A stretch of 64,000 bases of DNA from positions 35,506-99,505 of IMG/VR virus record IMGVR_UViG_3300025012_000046. One strand, given 5' to 3'. Within the stretch, counting starts at the first letter, position 1; the number at the start of each line of letters is the position of its first letter. The position numbers and the translations under genes were made by a program. The notes under the pieces were generated by a model. It searched no databases and was not told the DNA's origin. It saw only the letters and a list, made by a program, of their open reading frames with translations. This document shows, piece after piece, positions 9,446-18,392 of the stretch. Source of the DNA: a virus.

Positions 9446-11342
9446 AATACTAAAGGTAGTTGCTGACGATACTTTTGCTTTTGAGCACGTTGAGTTCTCT
9501 TTTAGTAACGGTATCTGGGCTATTAACGGAGAAAACGGAAAAGGTAAATCAAGTTTGTTCTTTCTTTTGGCTCAGGGGTTCTTTAATAAGAACCCCAAGT
9601 CAACTGACATTGACGACATTAACAATTGCATCACAGGAAGACCTTCTGTTATAGAGATAGAATGGTTTAACACTGACTCTAGTGTGACGTACAAAGTGGT
9701 AAACTCTAGGAAGGCCGGGAAGATAGAAGTATGGGCAGACGAAACTAACATCTCCGGTAAGACTATCCCACAGAGCCTGAAGATTATAGAAGAGAAGCTA
9801 GGCTGTAACTACGAGAACTTCATAACACAGTGCTTTGTTGATAGCACAACCACACTTGATCTTGTAGAAAGCAGCAATGACGCACCACGTAAAGCTTTCA
9901 TCAATAAACTGCTCAAGTTTGAAGAGCTAGACGCCAAGCTGGAAGTATTTAAGCAGCGCAAGAAAAGCCTTGACTCTAGCATCGAAGCTGACAACAGGCA
10001 ACTGGCTACACTAACGTCATCTGTAGGAGAATTGCAAGAAGAGACTGAAGAAGACCTTAAGCTGGAAGAGGAGCTTAAGGCTAAGGTAACGGCTGCTGAA
10101 ACCAAATTGTCTAGTCTCAGGGAAGCTAGAGCAGTATTGCACAGTAAATTCCAAGCTACTAAAGATGAAATAGAAGCTTGGACGCAATGCAAAACTGCTA
10201 GAGATGAGATAAGCAAACTTGAGGCAGAGCTTTCTGAACTAGAGACAGTAATTACTGAAGTAGATCAGCTTGATGACTTGAAAGAAAGCAGAAAGAATTA
10301 CTACTCAGAGTTAAACCTACTAAAGATAAACGAGTCTGAGTACGTCAATAAAATTAGGGACTGTAACAACGCTATAAAAAATAAGACGTGCCCCACATGT
10401 GGGCATGATATTAACATTAAGCCTTTTGTTAAAGACTTGGTTGTTTACCAAACAACGCTTAACGACATACTCAAGTCAAAGGGCGCAGTTGAGGAGTCTC
10501 TTAATAGCATTAACGTTGACCTTAAGCTGTACGAAAAGCAGCAGGAATTATCTAATAAGCTAGATAAGCTTAAGGTACAAAGCAGTTCGCTGACTGTAGA
10601 CATTAAAGCAATTACCAAGAAAAAGGAAAAGCTACAAGAAGAGGGCAACACTTTAAACGCTGAGGTGTCAGCAAAGGAAACAGAGTTAAATGAGTACCGC
10701 AACGCTCATAGAAGAGTATTGGAGAGTAACCAGCAAGCTAAGACAATTAGAGAAGTCAATGCAAGAGTCACAGCAAACAATGAAAAGCTTAACAGAAACA
10801 TTGGAGAGCTTCAAACAAACATTGGACAGAATGAGCGACGACTGGAAGTAGTAAAAAAGTGGATAACTATACTTGGACCTAAAGGTTTCCGTGTCCACAA
10901 AATGAACAAGTTTCTTTCACAGCTTAACAAAGCTATGAAGAAGTACTCAGATATTTTGTCTAACGGTAGGATCGTCAGTAAGTTTTACGTTGACGAAGAT
11001 GGCAAGATACAGTTTAAGGTGCGAGATATTGACAAGGCCTTGCCGTTCGCATGTTGGTCTTCTGGGGAGAAGGCTAGGGTTAAGCTTAGTTGTTTATTTG
11101 CCGTACTGGAGTTGTTGGAAGATATTGGTGGCAGTTGTTTTAACATCCTATACTTGGACGAGATAGGCGTAACACTAGACCAAGAAGGTAAAGATAATTT
11201 GTTCGAAGTGTTGGCTTACCTTAAGAGCAAAGCAAAGTGTATCTACTGTATTAGCCACACACCTTTGGTAAACCCAGTTGTGTTTGACGGCAATTTCAAC
11301 ATGGAAAAAACTGACGGAATATCTAGCATTTTAGGAGCTTAG
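9438..11342 (+). CDS. Rad50/SbcC-like recombination ATPase
   Basis: Walker A GENGKGKS, coiled coil, zinc hook CPTC, signature WSSGE, Walker B LYLDE, ISH. Confidence 0.93.
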   Translation: MNKILKVVADDTFAFEHVEFSFSNGIWAINGENGKGKSSLFFLLAQGFFNKNPKSTDIDDINNCITGRPSVIEIEWFNTDSSVTYKVVNSRKAGKIEVWADETNISGKTIPQSLKIIEEKLGCNYENFITQCFVDSTTTLDLVESSNDAPRKAFINKLLKFEELDAKLEVFKQRKKSLDSSIEADNRQLATLTSSVGELQEETEEDLKLEEELKAKVTAAETKLSSLREARAVLHSKFQATKDEIEAWTQCKTARDEISKLEAELSELETVITEVDQLDDLKESRKNYYSELNLLKINESEYVNKIRDCNNAIKNKTCPTCGHDINIKPFVKDLVVYQTTLNDILKSKGAVEESLNSINVDLKLYEKQQELSNKLDKLKVQSSSLTVDIKAITKKKEKLQEEGNTLNAEVSAKETELNEYRNAHRRVLESNQQAKTIREVNARVTANNEKLNRNIGELQTNIGQNERRLEVVKKWITILGPKGFRVHKMNKFLSQLNKAMKKYSDILSNGRIVSKFYVDEDGKIQFKVRDIDKALPFACWSSGEKARVKLSCLFAVLELLEDIGGSCFNILYLDEIGVTLDQEGKDNLFEVLAYLKSKAKCIYCISHTPLVNPVVFDGNFNMEKTDGISSILGA

Positions 11343-11343
11343 T

Positions 11344-11532
11344 ATGTGTTTTATCTTTCATAATTGGTCTAAGTGGTGTGCGCCGGTAGACACAGGCACA
11401 CACTTTTATAAGGCACAGTATTCTGAGTGTTTAGATTGTGGTAAAATTAAGGTTAGACGCATTACTTTGTGGAAGGGTGGCAACGCATGTGCAGTGCCTG
11501 CTGAACAAATTAAAAAGGCGTTAGGTAAATGA
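11344..11532 (+). CDS. Small Cys/His protein
   Basis: CFIFHNW..CLDCGK. Confidence 0.6.
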   Translation: MCFIFHNWSKWCAPVDTGTHFYKAQYSECLDCGKIKVRRITLWKGGNACAVPAEQIKKALGK

Positions 11533-13187
11533 AGTGGTGGGAAGTTCAACCTGAAGACGTTGCAGAGCTACTTGCGGTTACAAATTCCATTAAGGCTATT
11601 AAGTCTCACAAGGAGAAAAAGGAATTTGTAACCGTAACTGTACCTAACCTTAGACCTGAAGTTAGTTACCTGTTTTCGGTGTTTCTGTATCACTCTTTGT
11701 TTAATTCTAGGTGGGCTGTAATTGATATATCTAACTACTTCACAGTGCGCAAGAAGAATGCAAATGAGTCTACAGCTGAAGACTTTATTAAACTGCTTAG
11801 AGCGTATGATAGAAAAAAGCCTAGACTACGCAAAGACTCAAAGCTGTTCAAGTTTTTGCAGCTGTGTGATAAGCCATACTTTGATTTCTACGCTTCTCTA
11901 TTAGAAAAGAAGTTCCATGAGGGGTTGCCACTTACTGAATGCCAAGAGCTTCTAAACCTGGAAGAAGTTTCACTATCTGACATTTATGACCCAGAGGAAA
12001 AGGTAAGGGAGAACCTAGAAGCCCTTACCTTCCCAGTGGCTATTACTAGGGTTGACCACATTGAAGCTGAGTTTGTGATATTTGTCAAGCGCACAGACGC
12101 AGTATATTGCTATAAAATTGTGAATGGGCAACTTAAAACCACATGGGGAGCATTATACAACATCCGGTCCACCAGTACTATATTTGATCAGCCTGTTTAT
12201 GCTGTAGCTGGTATTAGGGTTAAGATAGATGACCCTAATTTTGCGGGAAGAAGGAAAGCTACTACAGCTATTAGAAACAAAAAGAGAAACACAACGTACT
12301 ACAAGTTCATTCCGATGGATTTGTTCAAAGACAGGACAGAGATAGAGGCTTACATTAACGGCGAAGAGGTAACTCCATTTATTGAGCGTTATAAAAATCT
12401 ACAGGAGTTCCTAGACTATAGCTTTGTATTCGGCAGCTCAGACGATTATGTTGGATTTGCGAATAGCGAACAAGACTTACAAGAAGAGGTCACTAAGCTT
12501 CTAGGCAAAAATAAACAAGGATACTTGGTATTTTACGACGAGAATTCTGTAAGAACCATGACCGTATCTGCTAAGAAGTGTGCCACAGTAGAAACCGTTA
12601 TTGACAGCTTATGGGTAGAGGGTGAAGAAGTAAAAGGCTTTATTGTTTGGCACAACGCAGAAATGCACAAGGTAGCTTTGGACTTGCCTAGTAAACACAA
12701 AGGATTGCTTAAAAATCCGCAGGCGCTTAAAACTAGAGTTTTAGACTGTATATACTTTAGAGTTAACGATAAGTGCTTTTATTTCCCGGTGCAGTTCAAC
12801 TTTAACTCAAAATTTTGGGGGAGTACTAGAGCAGGCGTGTATTTAACTTGTTGCTGTGTTTGTGGTGGAACTGAATATAAACATGATGGAAACGGTATCT
12901 GTACCTCTTGTCTGATGAATATGTATAACATTTTTAGGAGGGTTGGTCCTAACAATTGGCACAATGAAACAAGGAATCAACAAAAGAAAAGGTCAAAAGT
13001 AGGCTGGCACCACAGTATTCTGGATAACGCTAAGGTTAGGTTTCAGGGATACAGGCTTAAGGGTAGGGTAGACGGGGCTATAATGTACGTGCCAGATGAA
13101 GAGGCTCAAGCTAAGTACGAGCATGAAATATCAAAGCAGGGTTGGAATAAAAACTTAAAGAAGAGCAAAATGAAAGGTAAAATATGA
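11529..13187 (+). CDS. Hypothetical protein; probable inactive ATP-dependent-ligase-fold paralogue with C-terminal Zn finger
   Basis: Collinear by-eye similarity to the 2145..3470 ligase without KxDG; CCVC..CTSC. Confidence 0.5.
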   Translation: MKWWEVQPEDVAELLAVTNSIKAIKSHKEKKEFVTVTVPNLRPEVSYLFSVFLYHSLFNSRWAVIDISNYFTVRKKNANESTAEDFIKLLRAYDRKKPRLRKDSKLFKFLQLCDKPYFDFYASLLEKKFHEGLPLTECQELLNLEEVSLSDIYDPEEKVRENLEALTFPVAITRVDHIEAEFVIFVKRTDAVYCYKIVNGQLKTTWGALYNIRSTSTIFDQPVYAVAGIRVKIDDPNFAGRRKATTAIRNKKRNTTYYKFIPMDLFKDRTEIEAYINGEEVTPFIERYKNLQEFLDYSFVFGSSDDYVGFANSEQDLQEEVTKLLGKNKQGYLVFYDENSVRTMTVSAKKCATVETVIDSLWVEGEEVKGFIVWHNAEMHKVALDLPSKHKGLLKNPQALKTRVLDCIYFRVNDKCFYFPVQFNFNSKFWGSTRAGVYLTCCCVCGGTEYKHDGNGICTSCLMNMYNIFRRVGPNNWHNETRNQQKKRSKVGWHHSILDNAKVRFQGYRLKGRVDGAIMYVPDEEAQAKYEHEISKQGWNKNLKKSKMKGKI

Positions 13188-13390
13188 ATGTTGGTGATAC
13201 AGTACGCCTAACAAAAGATATTTGGGACGATGGGTGTGATAATCATCACCCTCCAGGGTATCTAGCTCGTAAAGGGGAGATACTTGTAGTTAGAAGTATA
13301 GAACAAGGCCGTACTTGGGTTGGAGTATCACACGCTAACAGACCGGACGGGTGGTTTAATGTATACAATGGAGAATACGAAATAGTATGA
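13184..13390 (+). CDS. Hypothetical protein
   Basis: ATGA-coupled ORF. Confidence 0.6.
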   Translation: MNVGDTVRLTKDIWDDGCDNHHPPGYLARKGEILVVRSIEQGRTWVGVSHANRPDGWFNVYNGEYEIV

Positions 13391-13947
13391 TTATAAGCAT
13401 AGACCTATCTAAACGCTCAACAGGTGTGTGTGCGTTAGACATGAATGGGAACCTGATTGATTTTTTGCTAGTACATAATGAGCACCTACACGAAGAAGAA
13501 TTATTCATCTATAACATAAGTCAGATCGTAGATTTCAGCAGAGGCCTCGCTGCTAGGTACGTATTGGAAGGTTTTGTTACTGAAGCACTTGCGCTGCATG
13601 CTCCTAGTAAAGATAAAGATCAGTTGTTCGGGCAGTTCTGGATTCTGCAATACGAGCTAGCTAAGGAGTTTGCTACCGTACCTAGGGGTAAGATCACTGT
13701 TGCTGAGTGGAGAAGTAGTGTGCTGACTAAAGCAGAGCAGCGAGAGCTAAAGGCTGAAGATAGCAAGAATGGTTTGAAAATTGGGTGTGTACGTAAGCTG
13801 CCGGAAGATGTTAGGGAAAGGTTTGAGCACTACCTGGCTGTTAATAAAGTAAAGAGAATTGCTAGTAAAGAGCCTTTGTATGATTTATCTGACGCATATC
13901 ACATTGGCAAATATAGGTTATCTTATGGAAGAGAAAATAAAATATGA
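13387..13947 (+). CDS. RuvC-like Holliday junction resolvase
   Basis: IISIDLSKRSTG, central E (FVTE), C-terminal DLSDAYHIG. Confidence 0.8.
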   Translation: MIISIDLSKRSTGVCALDMNGNLIDFLLVHNEHLHEEELFIYNISQIVDFSRGLAARYVLEGFVTEALALHAPSKDKDQLFGQFWILQYELAKEFATVPRGKITVAEWRSSVLTKAEQRELKAEDSKNGLKIGCVRKLPEDVRERFEHYLAVNKVKRIASKEPLYDLSDAYHIGKYRLSYGRENKI

Positions 13948-14107
13948 ATACGAGGCGCACAAACCGATAAAGCATAAGCGTATACCTTGGCCTATTTGCG
14001 CTCATTGTGGTTTGGTATACCTTAATAATGATGTTACTAGGTGGTGCGTAAGGATGGGCTGCAACGCTTCTTACCATCCTCAGTATAAGAATCAGTTCAA
14101 ATATTAG
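13925..14107 (+). CDS. Small Cys/His protein
   Basis: H..CAHCGLVYLNN..MGC; likely ATG at 13925. Confidence 0.6.
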   Translation: MEEKIKYEYEAHKPIKHKRIPWPICAHCGLVYLNNDVTRWCVRMGCNASYHPQYKNQFKY

Positions 14108-14116
14108 GAGTTAGTT

Positions 14117-14448
14117 TTGGAAAAGTTACCTAGAGTAAAAGAAGAAGACATAAATATTGGATGCTATACTTGCTCAACTGTATCTTCTAAGGCCAATTTG
14201 CATATGCCAATTTGTGTAGGTTTTGGAGAGGCATATGTAACTAAAGACGGTGTTAGATATTACGACGGAGAGTTAGATTGTAACAAGGGCAACCAACCTA
14301 AGACCCTGTATGAGATAGAATTGGAAGCTAAAAATTATCCTGATGCAGACTGGCAGCTAGTAATGTATAGTCCTTGCACGGAGAAGTATATCAACGGCAA
14401 GGAGAAGGTGAGTGGTTTATGGTTGAAAGTAACAAAGGCTTTGCTTAG
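14117..14448 (+). pseudogene. Hypothetical phage protein, apparently frameshifted near 14374
   Basis: Adding one T (CCTTG to CCTTTG) gives ...YSPLHGEVYQRQGEGEWFMVESNKGFA* ending at 14448, a more natural C-terminus. Confidence 0.55.
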
Positions 14449-14469
14449 AGCAATTTAATAAAGTTTATC

Positions 14470-14498
14470 TTGACAAACCATTACGAATGTGTTATAAT
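14470..14498 (+). promoter_or_regulatory. Sigma70-type early promoter
   Basis: TTGACA-17 bp-TATAAT with extended -10. Confidence 0.9.
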
Positions 14499-14535
14499 GC
14501 TGTTACTTTAATAGATTGATATGTGGAGGTTTTAA

Positions 14536-14925
14536 ATGACAATCGTATCTACCACCAAACCAAACCAAGCATATCACAAATTCGTCGGCTTTTTAACTAA
14601 AAAATTTCCTATCAATCGGCCTAATAACATAGAAATTCGTCTAGAGGATTACAAATACATTCCTTACAAAGTCAACGGAGAGCTTACAAGAGCTTACGCC
14701 ACAATCAACGCTGTAAGGAATTCAGACAAACTTGTTATTAGGCTGGCTGTAGGAAAGAACGGACACACAATCAAAGAAAAGTTAAATTCAATTGCGCACG
14801 AATACTGTCACTGTATGCAGCACTACAGAGGGGAGGTGTTTAACACAGACTGGGACGCTAGGTTGGAACTAGAAGCAATAGAGTTTGCAAATTCAGTTGT
14901 GAGTAGTTACTATAAAATGATATGA
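14536..14925 (+). CDS. Putative Zn metallopeptidase (HExxH)
   Basis: SIAHEYCHCMQ..ELEA; GGAGG RBS; first gene after the promoter. Confidence 0.65.
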   Translation: MTIVSTTKPNQAYHKFVGFLTKKFPINRPNNIEIRLEDYKYIPYKVNGELTRAYATINAVRNSDKLVIRLAVGKNGHTIKEKLNSIAHEYCHCMQHYRGEVFNTDWDARLELEAIEFANSVVSSYYKMI

Positions 14926-14938
14926 GGTCTAAACCAAA

Positions 14939-15736
14939 TTGGAAATATTTTCAGAGTTCACCACTAGCTTGGTGATACCAGATGCTCATATTGAGCCTGG
15001 GCAAGATTTAAGTAGATTTGAAAAGCTAGGAAAGCTGATAGTAGAAAGAAAGCCTAACAGGATAATATCTCTTGGTGATTTTGTAACGCTAAGTGCTTTA
15101 AGTAACTGGGATTTATCCAAGGCCGGCGTCATGGAAAACCGAAGGTACTCCTTGGATATGGAGGCAGGTAAGACTGCTATTAACCTAATGTTGTCACCAC
15201 TAAGGGAAGTGCAAGAGAAGCAGAGAAAAGCTAAGGAAAAGATTTATAAACCACGACTAGTATTCATAAAAGGGAACCATTGCAGTCGTTTACCTAGGTA
15301 CTTAGAGACTAAACCTGAGCTTAAAGACCACCTAGATATTGACAAAGATTTGCAGTTAGTTGAAAACGGATTCACTGATATAGTTGAATACAGAGACTAC
15401 ATTGAATTTGATGGTGTAAACTTCACACACGCACCACAAAACGCAGCTAATCAGCCTGTAAGCGGAAAGTACGCTATACATCGTGCAGCAGAAATGACGG
15501 CCAAGAGCTTAGTATTTGCCCACAGTCACCGTAGAGAAGCGGTAAATTACTACCGACACGGCTCTCATAACTTGACTCAAATTTATATGGCAGGGGCATT
15601 TTTTGAGCATACTGAAAGTTACGCTTATGGTGGACTTAACGCTTACTGTAGGTCATGTGCAATACTGACACACTTTGCTGAAGGTAGATTCGACGTAGAG
15701 GAAATAAGCTTAGAAAGATTGCACAGGATGTTTTAA
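14939..15736 (+). CDS. Calcineurin-like metallophosphoesterase
   Basis: PDAH, LGDF, GNH, FTH, AHSH motifs. Confidence 0.85.
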   Translation: MEIFSEFTTSLVIPDAHIEPGQDLSRFEKLGKLIVERKPNRIISLGDFVTLSALSNWDLSKAGVMENRRYSLDMEAGKTAINLMLSPLREVQEKQRKAKEKIYKPRLVFIKGNHCSRLPRYLETKPELKDHLDIDKDLQLVENGFTDIVEYRDYIEFDGVNFTHAPQNAANQPVSGKYAIHRAAEMTAKSLVFAHSHRREAVNYYRHGSHNLTQIYMAGAFFEHTESYAYGGLNAYCRSCAILTHFAEGRFDVEEISLERLHRMF

Positions 15737-15756
15737 AGTATAATAGAGGCTAACAA

Positions 15757-15882
15757 ATGAAACACATATTTTTGATATTATGCTGTACCGGTTTGTTAAC
15801 ATCGTGCACAGTACAAATACCAGTTAAAAGATGTGGCGAATGTACTTGGTATCGGGTGGTGTGTGTTGAAGATTGCCGGTAG
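15757..15882 (+). CDS. Small Cys-rich lipoprotein (41 aa)
   Basis: MKHIFLILCCTGLLTS-C lipobox, then TVQIPVKRCGECTWYRVVCVEDCR; AGAGG RBS. Confidence 0.6.
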   Translation: MKHIFLILCCTGLLTSCTVQIPVKRCGECTWYRVVCVEDCR

Positions 15883-15897
15883 ATAAAGGTAAAAACA

Positions 15898-16158
15898 ATG
15901 GAACACGCAATGAGAGAGGCTGCTGAAGCCAAGCCTAAGAAAACAAAAACCAAAAAGAAGTCATTCATTGAAAATTTAATAGGTCAGAAAATAATCATCC
16001 TTGATGACTATGGTGATCAGCTATACGCAAAAGCTGGAAAAGATATTGTACTAGTTGAGATAGATGATGTGCGTAGAGTTTACGTTATCGCTATTGGAGA
16101 AAAACAATTTGCTGTACATTACGACAACATAGGAGGAATAGGCACGCTTAGTGAGTGA
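15898..16158 (+). CDS. Hypothetical protein
   Basis: AAGGT RBS; overlaps next start. Confidence 0.6.
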   Translation: MEHAMREAAEAKPKKTKTKKKSFIENLIGQKIIILDDYGDQLYAKAGKDIVLVEIDDVRRVYVIAIGEKQFAVHYDNIGGIGTLSE

Positions 16159-16711
16159 GATATTTGAAGAAGAACTAAAACAGATACAGGATAATGAGAT
16201 ACGAGAGTTTACTAGGTATATACTTAGTAAAAGGCCTTCTTATTTCGACCACGTAGCAGCCTCATCTACAGGTAAATACCATAACCCAAATGAAAACGGT
16301 GTTGGAGGTTTGATTAGACACACCAAAGGGGTATGCTATATGGCTAAGGAATTTGCCAGTGTGTACAACTTCGCACCAATTGATGTTGACATTGTAATGT
16401 CTGCTGCCATTTTGCACGATATTTGTAAATATGGTATTGGTATAAAGCAGGCTCACACAACACGCGACCATGATGAACAAGGTGCAAAATATATACAGAT
16501 AATGGCAAAAACTGCCCCGCCTTGCCGTTATTTAGATGAAATATGTCGAGCAGTAGCAGCACACATGGGCAGATGGAAAGTAGGAAAAACGGTTGTATTT
16601 CCCAAAGACCTAAACGAAATACAACAGTGTCTCCACTTGGCTGATGTAGCTGCTAGTCGAAAGAAAGTAAACATAGAACTGTTTGACGAAGACACACCAC
16701 TAATAGGATAA
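16151..16711 (+). CDS. HD-domain phosphohydrolase
   Basis: SSTGKYH..GGLIRHT, ILHDICK, AAHMG, HLAD. Confidence 0.85.
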   Translation: MSEIFEEELKQIQDNEIREFTRYILSKRPSYFDHVAASSTGKYHNPNENGVGGLIRHTKGVCYMAKEFASVYNFAPIDVDIVMSAAILHDICKYGIGIKQAHTTRDHDEQGAKYIQIMAKTAPPCRYLDEICRAVAAHMGRWKVGKTVVFPKDLNEIQQCLHLADVAASRKKVNIELFDEDTPLIG

Positions 16712-16714
16712 CAA

Positions 16715-16981
16715 ATGGAAAAAGAATATTTCTGTCCCAACTGTAACGAAAACAAAACAGCATCTGTATTTGAGGGTGTAGATGGTACGCTGATTATTTG
16801 CAACACATGTGGTTCATTCGTAGAGTGTACCGCGTATCAAGACTTTGACGAGTTCTCTGTGCGAGAGATAAAGCTTCTCATAGAGCAACTTCAAACAAAA
16901 GTCACAAACATGCTTGACGAAGCTAACCAACTTCTTTTCAGAAAAGAAGCACTAAAAGATTTGATTAAGGATTATATTTAA
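16715..16981 (+). CDS. Zn-ribbon protein
   Basis: CPNC..CNTC followed by a coiled coil. Confidence 0.6.
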   Translation: MEKEYFCPNCNENKTASVFEGVDGTLIICNTCGSFVECTAYQDFDEFSVREIKLLIEQLQTKVTNMLDEANQLLFRKEALKDLIKDYI

Positions 16982-17268
16982 TGGAACATGAGTGTGAAGA
17001 TAATGTTTGTTGTGAGTGTGAACGTGTAGAAGAGTTGGTAGAGGCATTGGGCGATTTCTTTGAAGATACTGGATTTTCAGCGTATGACGTGCTTTTTGGT
17101 ATATCTATTATCGCACATGATTTGAAAATTGAGGCTGAAGAAGAGAGTGACTTTAACTTGGCTGAGTCACTTGCGGCTGACATAGACGCCTTTGAGACGT
17201 GCTTGGATAAACTTGAGCAGAACGCTGAGTTCTTTGGAAACTGTAAGGGTTCGGGAGTGACTAACTAA
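16981..17268 (+). CDS. Acidic hypothetical protein
   Basis: TAATG-coupled ORF. Confidence 0.6.
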   Translation: MEHECEDNVCCECERVEELVEALGDFFEDTGFSAYDVLFGISIIAHDLKIEAEEESDFNLAESLAADIDAFETCLDKLEQNAEFFGNCKGSGVTN

Positions 17269-17546
17269 TGGGTGTTGATTTTTATACTTGTGAGTACTGC
17301 GGAGAGGCATTTCCTGACTGCGGAGAGTACGTACACTGTGACGAGTGCTGGAGGCATTGGTGTTGTGAGGAGTGTGCAGAAAAAGACGGCGCTGTTTATA
17401 AAGAAGATGGTGATGTAGAAAGCTGCAAGTACTGTCGCTGCGAAGACGTTGATGACTATGTGTTGGTAGCGTTTATGCTACGTTACTTCAACACAACCAG
17501 AGAAGATATGGTTAAACAATATTTTAATACTAAGGGGAATAAATAA
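17268..17546 (+). CDS. Cys-rich hypothetical protein
   Basis: Four CxxC-type pairs. Confidence 0.65.
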   Translation: MGVDFYTCEYCGEAFPDCGEYVHCDECWRHWCCEECAEKDGAVYKEDGDVESCKYCRCEDVDDYVLVAFMLRYFNTTREDMVKQYFNTKGNK

Positions 17547-17547
17547 A

Positions 17548-17796
17548 TTGGAAAAAGCAGCTTTCGTAGATTTTGCTACTAGAATTATCCAGCTTGAGAA
17601 GGACAAGAAAGAAATCAGCGACGAGATTAAAGACTCCATTGCTGCGTTCGCTGAGAACAATGGACTTGAAACAGACTCAGTAAAAGATAGTCTATCGGCG
17701 TACAAAAAATACCTAAAGGACAGTGAGAAATTCTGTCTCGTAGATTCAGAACTCGCGGCTATTATAAATGCAGTCATTTATTCTGAAATCAACTAA
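17548..17796 (+). CDS. DUF2312/GapR-like (T4 DsbA-like) dsDNA-binding protein
   Basis: RIIQLEKDKKEISDEIKD..GLETDSVK pattern. Confidence 0.65.
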   Translation: MEKAAFVDFATRIIQLEKDKKEISDEIKDSIAAFAENNGLETDSVKDSLSAYKKYLKDSEKFCLVDSELAAIINAVIYSEIN

Positions 17797-17803
17797 AGAA
17801 TAA

Positions 17804-17970
17804 GCCCTCACGCCTCTTCTCAGAAAGCGCAACACGAGGATCAGGTGAATTCTAGGTAGTAGCCTGACGGTGTTTGTAGGAGTTCACTAGGCTAATAAAA
17901 CCTGCGGTGCTAAGGAGTTTGGCGGTTTGTACTTAGCATCAGTTATAACAACCGCTATAATTTAGAGGCT
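17804..17970 (+). ncRNA. Candidate structured cis-regulatory RNA with several pseudoknots
   Basis: 177-bp gap with at least six complementary segment pairs (see findings). Confidence 0.55.
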
Positions 17971-17973
17971 TTT

Positions 17974-18159
17974 ATGGAAGAAAAATTCAACTACGAGTAT
18001 TTCAGAAGCAGCCAGTTTTACCAAGAGCTTCAGGCTGACATGGACAAGCTACTTGAAAAAGCATTCAACCGTGGCTTTAAATACGCATGTGCCAAGCTGG
18101 ATAAAACTTTGAAGGAAATGAAAGAAGTACAACAAATACTAGATAAGATGGAGCAATAA
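17974..18159 (+). CDS. Hypothetical protein
   Basis: AGAGG RBS; AFNRGFKYA. Confidence 0.65.
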   Translation: MEEKFNYEYFRSSQFYQELQADMDKLLEKAFNRGFKYACAKLDKTLKEMKEVQQILDKMEQ

Positions 18160-18392
18160 TGGAACCTAATGTGTGGGAGAGCCGTAAGAATTTTGTTTTC
18201 GGTATAATAGAAGACGATAAAGAACTTAGGGCTATTAAGGAGAAAGAGCTTCGTATTGCTTTTACTTGTGGTTATGACTACGCTATGCGAAGCTTAAATA
18301 AAGCGTTGGAAAATATCACAGAACTTAAAGATCACATAGAACAGTCTATTAAGGAGCAAGAAACCAAAGATGACGCTGCCGAAAATAATTAA
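18159..18392 (+). CDS. Hypothetical protein, probable paralogue of the upstream ORF
   Basis: AFTCGYDYA followed by a coiled coil. Confidence 0.6.
   Translation: MEPNVWESRKNFVFGIIEDDKELRAIKEKELRIAFTCGYDYAMRSLNKALENITELKDHIEQSIKEQETKDDAAENN

Noticed and set aside
17797-17973. tmRNA, tRNA or a known self-cleaving ribozyme as the identity of the structured gap
   Set aside because: No acceptor stem, T-loop or CCA end, and too short for tmRNA; I could not match hammerhead, HDV, twister or pistol cores by eye.
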